DNA from: Desulfobulbaceae bacterium
Lineage (GTDB): Bacteria > Desulfobacterota > Desulfobulbia > Desulfobulbales > SURF-16
Assembly (NCBI GenBank): GCA_027859235.1
Contig: JAQIBE010000263.1
Coordinates: forward strand, 3,568 to 67,567
Length of the DNA: 64,000 nucleotides
Direction of reading: 5' to 3'
Position 1 is the first letter of the stretch. Each line of letters begins with the position of its first letter. A program made the translations under genes and the position numbers. Shown here piece by piece: positions 41,811 through 51,100 of the stretch. The notes beneath the pieces were generated by a model. That model was not told the DNA's origin. It made no database searches and saw only the letters and a list, made by a program, of their open reading frames with translations.

Positions 41811-42064
41811 TCTACTTCAAGAAAGCCAGCCTTAAGCTCCTTTAGTTCAGAAAAAGATACGTAACCCCACTCCGCATTAAAATAGTCACTATTCAAAATG
41901 GCATAACCAAAAAACAAGTCATTGCCGTCATATTCCGCAATGTACCAATCACAACCACCTATGAAAAAATGTAAATAAATGAGCTTATATCCAAGCTCAA
42001 TATCCTCCGTCGCGTATAACTTTGGGATCTGGGCAAGCCGGTCTTTAGTTGGTTCATTCCACAT
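41744..42064 (-). CDS. DUF2958-like protein
   Basis: 106 aa; LYATEDIELGYKLIYLHFFIGGCDWYIAEYDGNDLFFGYAIL...AEWGYVSFSELKEL. Confidence 0.75.
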   Translation of the reverse strand: MWNEPTKDRLAQIPKLYATEDIELGYKLIYLHFFIGGCDWYIAEYDGNDLFFGYAILNSDYFNAEWGYVSFSELKELKAGFLEVDCELEEFWKVRPAKDIPGIIFK

Positions 42065-42184
42065 GGTTTTCTCCTTTAAAAATGATTAAGTAAAAAATCG
42101 ACACAGTGTCGATTTCCACAACGTAAAGAGGCCATCTCAAATCAATGAGACGGCCTCGGGTGAAACATTATTTTCGTTTACGCT

Positions 42185-42820
42185 CTACTCTATCAACATG
42201 TTAGCGAGAGATTGATTAAGTTCAGGTAAGACATTAGCATACAAGGCTGTCATATTAAGGCTGGCGTGACCCAGTTGTTTCTGGACAAAGCGTAGATTAC
42301 TTGTCTTCGCCAGAAGCAACGTGGCATAGGTATGCCGGGAGCTATGAATCGAGTAGTGAAGTGGAAGGTTTGCTGCTGCCACTGCCTTCTTGAAACTTAT
42401 TTCAAGGGCTGTGGTTGTGTAGTGGCGACCTGATCTACCAGCAAACAGTGGTGAGTCTTGACTAGCAGACTCCTGCCAGGCTCTTTTATGTGCAATATAT
42501 TGTCTTAGGTGACTAGCAATCTCTTGATCAAGGTAGACATCCCTTTTCTTTCCATGAGCGCCACGCCCCTTCCCGTGCCTGACTATCAGATAGTTATCTT
42601 CACCATTAACGAGGTGCAAATCACTCATCTTGAGAGCCGCTATTTCTGATACCCGTAACCCTGAATTAAGGGCCAAGTGAACAAGCATATACCGGGTCAC
42701 CCAAGTCTTACGGCCACACTTGGCATCCTGAGCCGCATTATATGCGCAGATAGCAAGTAGGCGTGAGACCTCGTGAACCGACAGAAACTTGTCACGGGTA
42801 ATGGAGTACCCGTTTCGCAT
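42185..42820 (-). CDS. Tyrosine recombinase / phage-type integrase
   Basis: 211 aa; NSGLRVSEIAALKMSDL, HSSRHTYATLLLAKTSNLRFVQKQLGHASLNMTALYANVLPE (R...HxxR...Y). Confidence 0.95.
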   Translation of the reverse strand: MRNGYSITRDKFLSVHEVSRLLAICAYNAAQDAKCGRKTWVTRYMLVHLALNSGLRVSEIAALKMSDLHLVNGEDNYLIVRHGKGRGAHGKKRDVYLDQEIASHLRQYIAHKRAWQESASQDSPLFAGRSGRHYTTTALEISFKKAVAAANLPLHYSIHSSRHTYATLLLAKTSNLRFVQKQLGHASLNMTALYANVLPELNQSLANMLIE

Positions 42821-43520
42821 CGGTTTACCTCTAATTGTGTTTTGTGGGATTACTACAGATAGATTTTCTGGTCATGACAACCAACCAAATCAATTTGGTA
42901 TTATAACATATTTTGCAAAAAATGTCAATAACTAATTGATTTAACGTCCTTATTGCTACTTGAGGTTGTCGCAGAATTGGCAAGCATTACAAAATAGCTG
43001 TATTCTGATAGATGACCTAAATATTTTTTTTTGCAAATCTTCCTGGCTTATATCCTGATGCAACCTGTGGTTAAATTGGCAGCGTAATAATCAGTATATA
43101 TTCAACTTAAAAAAACGTAGGATGCTGTTCAAACGAGAGGAGCCAGCTCTTTAATGAGTAGCATGGCTAAACGGAGTTGCTTAGATCTGACTGGGCAAAT
43201 ATCAGAATCAGGCTTTATTAAATCCGAAATCTGACATTATCAGGAAGCATCTCAACTTGCAGTTTTGCTTAAATTGTTATGATTGCCAATGCATTATTTA
43301 GCTATGGTTCAAATTAGAAGAAATTAAAGTATGGTGTTCCCGATCTGCTTGTGTTTGAAATATAATTAACAAATTGGAACAACATTTTCAATTAATGACC
43401 TGTCCAGTTTCCCAAAACACCTCTTGTCGCTAAGTTCAAGGTTGGCAAAAAAAACTGGGCGAAAGGGTAAAATGTCCTTGGGGAAAGAAGGCGAGACTTC
43501 AGTGCTTTACCAAAAAGAAA

Positions 43521-43612
43521 TGGAGCGGGCGACGGGATTCGAACCCGCACTAATGGGGTGGCGCCCCGAACAGGCTCTGAAGGCCTGCGTGCTACCGTTA
43601 CACTACGCCCGC
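43521..43612 (-). tRNA. Non-canonical tRNA with UCA anticodon (UGA decoder), glycine-type acceptor/discriminator, long variable arm, encoded CCA; proposed tRNA-Gly(UCA) opal suppressor
   Basis: Reverse complement GCGGGCG TA GTGT AACGGTA GCAC G CAGGC CTTCAGA GCCTG TTCGGGGCGCCACCCCATTAGT GCGGG TTCGAAT CCCGT CGCCCGC T CCA. 7-bp acceptor, 4-bp D-stem, perfect 5-bp anticodon stem, 7-nt loop CU-UCA-GA, 22-nt variable region with GGGG/CCCC stem, 5-bp T-stem, U73, CCA. Confidence 0.88.
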
Positions 43613-43672
43613 TCAAAAAGTTACTTATAGTTTGTTTACTCTGAAATATCAATATCTGCTGGAGGTTCTTTA

Positions 43673-44374
43673 TTGGCTAGGAAACTAAAACATATCGTCT
43701 TTCCTTTGAAGGCATTTTTAGATACCAGGCGAACCTTCAAGCTTCCTGGAGCTCAAGAGGGGGCAGGATTATCACCACTTCTTGAAATCAGAAAGCGACG
43801 TGGCGAAGCACTGCTTGTGGAAGCTTTTTTTAATTTTATGGAGGCGGCAAATGTAGCTGACCCATCTCGTCAATTAGAGTTGTGGGACACTCTGATTTCT
43901 AAGGGTGGCTATATCCTTGACTTGGCTCAGCGTATTGGCTTAATGAACTGTTTTACGACTTTGCCAACAAAAAAACCTGAGCAAGCAGCCTATGTTGCCT
44001 GGTGTATTTTTTTAGACAGCTTGCGCCGAGAAAATGATACAAATCTGAAAAATATAGCAACCAAAAGTTTATTCAAACATTATTTCATCGGCCTATACCC
44101 AGAAAAAAATATCAAAAAGAAAGAGAACCTTCTCACCCTGCGCCGTCGACTCGAGGGCAAGTTGCGCAGGCATTGGGGGCTGAATATGGAGTTAAAAGAA
44201 TCTTTCACAACAGAGAATGATAGCTGTGAGTTTTCAATACGTATAAAACCTTATGAAGAACCGCAGCAAACATTAATTACTCATACAGGAACGAGGCTGA
44301 AACCGACAAAGATTGAAGCTTACAACTTTTTACTGAAGGGTATCTCGGAGGGAATGTATAGACCCGAGAAGTAG
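43673..44374 (+). CDS. Hypothetical protein between the UCA tRNA and the TGA-containing gene
   Basis: 233 aa uninterrupted ORF; no in-frame TGA; ends in TAG; family not recognised. Confidence 0.6.
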   Translation: MARKLKHIVFPLKAFLDTRRTFKLPGAQEGAGLSPLLEIRKRRGEALLVEAFFNFMEAANVADPSRQLELWDTLISKGGYILDLAQRIGLMNCFTTLPTKKPEQAAYVAWCIFLDSLRRENDTNLKNIATKSLFKHYFIGLYPEKNIKKKENLLTLRRRLEGKLRRHWGLNMELKESFTTENDSCEFSIRIKPYEEPQQTLITHTGTRLKPTKIEAYNFLLKGISEGMYRPEK

Positions 44375-44953
44375 AGCTGCCTGAGGTCGTCAGTTTTCAG
44401 CTCGGCTCGACAAGTAATCATTGAATATGCTTTTCTGTAACCTTCGCACCAGGTTAGTTTGTGAGCCGATGTTATAGCTGAGTGTTAATCTCATGGGTAA
44501 TATTTGGGGGGGGCGGTCCTAACTATTGAAAATTATTTAGAATAACCCCCTTTTTTTGTTGACCTTATTTTGTGCATCTATTAGTTATAACCTCAAGATA
44601 ATTTAGAGGTTTTTAAAAAGAAGTCATGTAGCTAAATTATAATGTAACAGTTTCTCACCTGCTTGTCAGTTGGTAGACCTGGCTCATCACCAGTCATCGC
44701 CAACAGGGACAGCACTCTCCGATTAGAACGGACTGTAATAGGTGTCGCAAACAAAGTTATGAGTAGGTAGTTGTCGAGATTCGATACCTGGGTAACTGGG
44801 ATGCATATCGTCAGGTAAGTGACTACATGCTTAAAACAATAAAGATGGTTGCGATATCCAGTTGACGCGTTTGAAGGGAGTAAGCGATAGTAGCTCTGAT
44901 TAATTTGTATATTATATACCCTGCATTTCTTGAGTTAATAGTTAAGGATATTT

Positions 44954-47056
44954 ATGAGTAAACATACAGATCAGAAGAACTCTTCGTCATTTGACGATTG
45001 ATTGCATAACCCCAAAAATATTTTAGAAAAACATAGCTGAAGAAAAGTATATTTAATTTCAGCCCTCACTGCATTATTCATAGCGTCTCCAGCTTTAACA
45101 TTTTCAGCAGGAGATGATCTTGTCAGATCTGACGACCCCATATCATTAAACTCTGAAGAGACAGGGACTCGGTGACGTTTGGCCCATGAGTTTACCCTGA
45201 AATCAGATGCCACGACCAGACTTTGGTTAACGCCTGAATATAGCGACCTGACCAAGTTTAGTGTACGCGCAGGTCTGGCATACATGTTTACCAATAACCT
45301 TGGTGCAGGACTTCTAGGGTCCCTTGGTGAAGATAAAAATGAAATCCTGGTAAATGCTGGTTGGCAGTTGGCGGATAATCACCGTTTTGTGGCTACCTTT
45401 AGCCATCTTCAGCAAAATTTAGAGTTTAACTTTGTCTCAGGTGAAGACGAAGCAGAGATCACCCAGAATAGTGGGGGGTTGAGTTATCAATACCTCGTTG
45501 CCAAAGGCATCCTCAATACCGTTGAGTTAAACGCCTATCTTGCCGACACCGGCAGCGAAAAGCTTACCGACAAGACATATGGCATTGATACCGCAACCAT
45601 ATTCGAACTATGGAACGATCCTCGTCGTATTGCCGGGGGTAAAGTTACAGGTATACAGAGTAAGATCACCCTTCTTCCATTTTCTGGGACGATCTTGACA
45701 CTAGGCGCCGGTATGGAAGAGTTGGAGTATGACTATCTTGCTGGAGCAGATAAAACCAGTAGGGCGACGGGTGAGGTTGAATTAACCCAAGAACTACCTG
45801 GCAACTTTCTTCTCGATGCCTGATTTTCAACCATGGCCGCGATGGATACTTGTAACATTGGTCTCGCCAAGGATTTCTCTGGTCATCAACTTGGCATAGG
45901 TTATACCAATATTCAAGGTCGAGATGGCGTTTTGAACGATAATCAATATACTCTTTCATACAGCTATACTTTCGGAAGTAGCCAAAACACTTCAACCACA
46001 AGCGGTAGAGACACGCTAGCAACAGCTTGAAGTCCTGATAAAGAACCTGCTAACCCTTGGTCAAGCTCCCTGCTTAATCAAATCGCCAAACGCCCCAGTT
46101 TTCTGCCATCTCAAGTTGTTGCCAAAGTCGACACGACTGTTGAACAGGAACGACTTATCGCCATTGACAAAACAGGCATGTCAACCGGAGCAACCATTGA
46201 TTCCGATACTGGTATTATAACCGTCCCTCTAGGTGTTGCCGTTACCACTATAGCCTGAATTACCCTTGATGGTGGTCCATTCACCAATACGGGTCAATTC
46301 AGCTTGACTAGTGATGATATCATTATCAATCCTGATCTCATCACTGAACCTGCTGTCTGAGATACGGACCTGTATGTTGTCACTGTCAACAATTCTGGCG
46401 GTGGTACAACAGTAGTTTCAATTACCGTTAGCCACGGTTCGGTACAGATTGACAATATCACTGTGACAAGTTGAGATGCGTCACTAAACATCACAAGTGT
46501 TGCATTCTTCTGAGCTATACCGAATCAAACAAACGCTTCATATAATAATCTTATATTAAAGACTAACGTAGATATCAAATCTATTGATTCGATAGTTGCA
46601 TCTTTAGGTTGAGCAGTAACTATTACCTGAATCAGCGGAGACCAGGTTTCATTCAACTGGACAGGAACACCAACAACATGAGCTAACACATTCACCCTAA
46701 TAGCAACAGCCAACAACGACCAAGAAACAACAACTTCAACAACAGTTACAATGGAAACTCCTAACATAGTTCCAACTTTAAATTCAGTTTCTGTTTCATG
46801 AACTACATTAATTAGTGCTTGAGGTGATAATTATACTATTGTTCAACTTACTGATGAAGATATTACCTTTACTGCTAATTGAACCGATGCAGATTGAGAT
46901 AATTTGAAAATAGTGATTAACTGAACAATATATAATTGAACTTCAGAAACTATTACTTTAAATTTAGCTCAAGGTGAAATAGTACAATTTTATATTAAAG
47001 AGTTTGATTGAACTGATTATAGTAATGAAATATTGGTACAAATTGCATGAAGATAA
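44954..47056 (+). CDS. TGA-recoded gene: 700-codon frame with 20 in-frame TGA codons read as Gly; predicted outer-membrane beta-barrel followed by Ig/cadherin-like repeats
   Basis: AAGGA RBS then ATG at 44954; same frame joins ORF-track fragments 45179..45823 and 45833..46030 and continues to TAA at 47054-47056 with no in-frame TAA/TAG. TGAs start at 44999, 45038, 45173, 45821, 46028, 46256, 46358, 46472, 46511, 46610, 46628, 46679, 46799, 46820, 46880, 46895, 46922, 46937, 47009, 47048. With TGA=G: KHSGRKVYLISALTALFIASPALTFSAGDD..., ITGISGDQVSFNWTGTPTTGANTFTLIATANND..., SVSGTTLISAGGDNYTIVQLTDEDITFTANGTDADGDNLKIVINGTIYNGTSETITLNLAQGEIVQFYIKEFDGTDYSNEILVQIAGR. Confidence 0.85.
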
Positions 47057-47090
47057 AAAAAATGAGATTAAATCTCGTTTTTTTTTTTTA
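47055..47090 (+). terminator. A-tract/hairpin/U-tract terminator directly after the recoded gene
   Basis: aaaaaaaatgagattaaatctcgttttttttttta. Confidence 0.75.
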
Positions 47091-47264
47091 TATATATTTT
47101 AACATGATCAATTACTGAAAATCCACACCAAGAACAGTAACCCCTCGCAGCATTTTTGTTGCTCTTGTTCATCTCTGGTCTTCGAGCAACTAAGGGTCAA
47201 ATCTTTATTGTTGACACTTGCAACCAACACGCTGAAATCAGAAAAGAAAGTTACGCTTTACATT

Positions 47265-47312
47265 ACGAAAGGCAATTGAGGTTTTTACCTTAATTGCCTT
47301 TCGTTGTTTTTA
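47265..47312 (+). terminator. Strong hairpin terminator
   Basis: acgaaaggcaatt ... aattgcctttcgt perfect 13-bp stem followed by tgttttt. Confidence 0.75.
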
Positions 47313-48108
47313 GAGAGAGTTCTGGGGGCCAGTATATCTAACTCCTCGCCTCGCCTTTTCTAATCGCAAGTCTGAGAATTCGGAGCGTTTGCCTGTAGAC
47401 TTCAGCCGCTGTTAGTTCGGAGTAAGAAATTACCATATAATCATGTGTCGATTTGATCGAGGACGTTTTTGATGCCACTTCAAAGATCTTATTTTCTCAA
47501 ACTGTCCTCGGATTAACCTTCCTACTGTGAATGTCAGATTCGATAATGCCTTCCCACCAGAACTGTAGAGCTTAAGGATAGAATTTTCTGAGGGGAAAAG
47601 ACGAGCACCCTCCATTAGAACGGTCGCACAGGATGACCTCTTAGAAGGTTAGACTGAGCATGACACCAACTGCTTTTGGCGCATACAGCTGCACGAGTGA
47701 ACGTACTGTCGTCAACTTATTGACTTTTACAGCTGAAACCGACCGATATATTTAAGATAATATACATAATCTTAAATATATTCATTGCTCACTGCAGCAG
47801 TGAGCAATATTAAAGACAAAACATATGACATTGACAGTCTATATACAGTAGTAACCTAAACTTGGGCTTAGTTGAGAAATTCCTGAGGTTGGATATGGCA
47901 ATGTTAACGCTTCAAACACTGGCAGAAAGCCGCAGGTTTACCGTCCATGTGCTTTGACTGGTTATGTTCCATTTATAGGCGACCTCCATCAATTTATGCG
48001 TGTCCTGGATTTTTTGTCTCTCAAGCGCAAGGCCATGTGAAATATGTGACCTGCCCCCTTTACCTGCTAATTTCTCAGCTTATTGGCCGGATGTGGATGT
48101 TGAGCTAC

Positions 48109-51100
48109 CTACCAGTCCGACTTGTTCGGATAGTTCACGCGACCCTTGAAGTACTTCACGTTGAGCGACTTATCAATCAGCACGACACCAATAGAATGCG
48201 AAAACCGCCCTCTGCTTCGATAGGTCTCTTTCTCATAACGCTGAAGGTCGAAGAGCAATAGTAGCTCCCTGTCGTACTTCATCAGCACTTTCTTAAGTAC
48301 GCTTGATTTGCAGAGAAGCCTCAGCCCCGGATGAGGGCCGTCTTCTTGATTGGTTTCATCGCGCCCCCAGGCCTCGGCCCAGAGCGATAGCATCTCGTGA
48401 TTGTTATCCCAGAAACGTCCGAATGCATCCTGCCGTGTCAGCTTACATAACTCCGAATAGTCTTGAGCAAGACGCGGTCGAAGATTAGCGACCGAAACGC
48501 CATGTGGATCATGTTCATCCAGACGGGTTTCGCCGGATGGGCAGACAATCCAAGGTGAGTACTCCTTCTTCTCGCTGCGAAGATATTCGTCATCGTCTTC
48601 GCAGCCCTGGAAAGTAGGTACATAGGCCAGTATGGGCTTTTCGCGGATGAGCTTTCTCGCAAACTGCGCAGCCCTTTTGGGCGAAACAAGCGCAGAGGAT
48701 AATCTGACTTCAACACCATCGGATGAATACCATCTGCCCTGAATAATCAGTTCCCTGTCAATCCCTTTTTCAATGTCGAGGGCGGCGAGTCCAATAATCT
48801 TCTTCTGATCGCCGGTTATCGCGAGCCCCTTCTTCTTAGATTCAAGCAGCCTCACAGAGGCGTCATCAGGCGTCCTGTCCGTTCCATCGGAAAGCCATAA
48901 GCCATCCTTGCGCGTAAGTCCGTAGCGGCCGAGCCACTCTCCCCAAGGGTCGTCCTCGTACCACCAGTCGTCGGTTACAGGATGGGCGGCAAGCAGCTTG
49001 CCAGCAGCGATGAATAGAGCATGCCAGCCGAGCTGTTGCCCATACCCGTGAAAGCGGGTCGTCATTTCATGAGAACTTCGCCCTCGCGACTCGCGGCCGC
49101 CATCCTCATACATATGCGTCATTGACGGATCGCTCTTTTGTACGATGCCCGACATCATGTCATCAACTTCCCAGCAGCCCTTGCCGAACACTTGGCTGAG
49201 GCTATCAACGTCATGCTTCTTAAATTCGTACTCCAAATGAAACCGAAAGGGCGGCTCGGGTACTGTCTTCGGACGGCCCTGGTAGAAGCCGCCGCCGTTG
49301 CGGCTCTTCTTTCGTAAACGCGGATGCGGGGACTTGTCGGCATTACGCACAAGCTTGAGCGTGGCTGCGTCAAGCGCCAGTTTGCTGCGATCTACACAGG
49401 CAAGAAGCGCTTTGGCGGCAAAGTGGCGCATAAGCACATGCGGCTCGTCTTTTTCCATGATGACAGCCAGGAGTAGATCCTTGTAACGCGCCACCTGATC
49501 GGGATGATCGATAGCGGCCCGCGCTAGGGTGATCAGGAGCCATAGCCGTGCATGCAGGTAATAGAACACGAGCTCTGGTGCCTGAAACGGTTCAGCAGTC
49601 TTCGTGTCGAAGGCGGCAACAACCGTGTCGACAATGCCCCAGCGCCCGAACTTTGCAAATCGGCGTATGCAGTGAGCCGCGCGCCATCTGTCAACCGCAT
49701 GTGGCGAACCGATGACACGCCATATTAGCCCAGCAGCGATTTCGTCGAAGTCATTTACTGGGTAGCAGCCAGCTTTCCACGAGCCGTCTGTTACGTTGTC
49801 GGCAATCCGTGCCGAGTCACTCGACAGGAGGCGCTTCAGCGCAAGCTGCCCCTGCCCTTCATCCGCTTCCGGGCATATGAAATTTGCGAACGCAAGCCAT
49901 ACTGATCCGGCGACGGTGCTATCAGGACGTGAGTAGACCTTTATCACCTCAACGACGAGTTCGGCCATGGGCACGCCCGTGAACTCGGATATCTCCTTAA
50001 TATTCGCCCCCGAGAATCGACCGTCATCGACCAAATCATCGGCATGGGCAAGAATCAGAGGCTGTGCCAGGCTCCTATAGACACCCGCAAGCGCCGCGGA
50101 TGATCCGCCCCAGGCTTCCTTCGCATCTTTCAGTTCTGTGAATTTCCAGTAGAAAAACAGATGCTCCAGATTGGCAACATTGCGAATGTATTGACCGCGC
50201 GCAGCAAAGGGCACTTTGGCACGCAGCGCAGAAAAGAAGCCGCCTTTTAGATCATACATATTCCCCAGCGCATTAAATCCGTCGATGGCCTTTACAAGCG
50301 ATGCCTCGTCAGTCGGGGCCGTCGCTTCGGCTATACGAACGAGTGCATCCTTGTTTTCACTGTCACGTTTGGCAGCTTCTCTACGCATCTTCGGATCTAA
50401 GTCACTGCTACTATCATACGCAGTATTGCGCCCTTGCCTTGCGGTCTCGTATCGGTCCCGCGCGGCTTTCAGGTGCTTAGTTAGATCATGCGATGCACTC
50501 AGCGCTTCGTCAGCCAGAGCGTAAAGTGTCTCGACAGTCTCGTCACTCGCTATCGTCGGATTGTCATCCTCGAACTGTGTTATCAGCTCCGTAATCACTT
50601 CGGCATCCGGCCCGGCTTGCTGGCGCAGCGCTTTCGAAAATTCTTTTGTGCCCGCAAAGAAATACTCCGCGGGTTCGGCAAGACGGTTAATACAAAGTGC
50701 ATCCTTCGGATCGATCTTTTCCGCTTCGAGCATGCCCGTAAGATAGGTGAGAAGCGTGTTGTTCAGAGCTACCCTGTTGCGGTCATCCCAGCGACTGAGC
50801 TTGGCCAGGCCACGCATCCCGGCTGCCTTTGCCATGCCGCGACCGTACGCACCCCAGAAAAACTTCTCGGGCTCCTCCCCCATATTGAGTTCGCAGATAT
50901 TGCTCAGCGTGTGAAAGTCACGTTCTTCCAGTTCGTCACCTTTCATCTCCGATGCGAACAAGAGCAGCTCATTCGTGAACAGGTAATCACCCGAACCGAT
51001 TGCATCCATCTGCTCCAGACCATTCCGGAAGTACGCAGCAGCCTCATCGAGGCTGGCTGGAAGTATTGCCCGGCCAAGAGTGCCAAAGAGAGATGCCCGA

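Noticed and set aside
43521-43612. Ordinary host tRNA-Gly or a second tRNA-Sec
   Set aside because: The anticodon is unambiguously UCA within a perfect 5-bp stem, and a normal tRNA-Gly would have a short variable loop. For tRNA-Sec, the 5' GGAAG start, 8-bp acceptor and G73 are missing.
43392-43652. Track ORFs 43392..43652 (-) and 43424..43630 (+)
   Set aside because: They overlap the tRNA gene and have no family features; spurious.
44954-47056. Multi-selenocysteine protein explanation (20 Sec)
   Set aside because: A canonical tRNA-Sec exists, but Sec insertion needs a SECIS after each UGA and 20 sites in Thr/Asp/Asn-rich Ig repeats make no sense. TGAs fall exactly where glycine is expected (DADGD, TTGANTF), and a Gly-like UCA tRNA lies nearby.
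44954-47056. TGA as tryptophan (Mycoplasma-type code) or as cysteine
   Set aside because: The gene already uses TGG for Trp at plausible positions (LWLTPEY, AGWQL, FNWTG). Twenty further Trp (or Cys) in these motifs is implausible, while Gly restores known motifs. Cys is not strictly excluded, since U73 is shared with tRNA-Cys.
44954-47056. Simple pseudogene
   Set aside because: Decay would also create TAA/TAG and frameshifts. None occur in 700 codons even in the AT-rich 3' part, and the frame ends in TAA followed by an intact terminator.
43521-47312. Assembly chimera with a code-25 (Gracilibacteria/SR1) contig
   Set aside because: Only this gene has in-frame TGAs; flanking genes (43673..44374, integrase, Avs-like) are uninterrupted under the standard code. 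Cannot be excluded without read coverage across 44.4-47.4 kb.
47947-48261. ORF 47947..48261 (+)
   Set aside because: Overlaps the 3' end of the 6.5-kb Avs-like gene on the opposite strand; no recognisable features.
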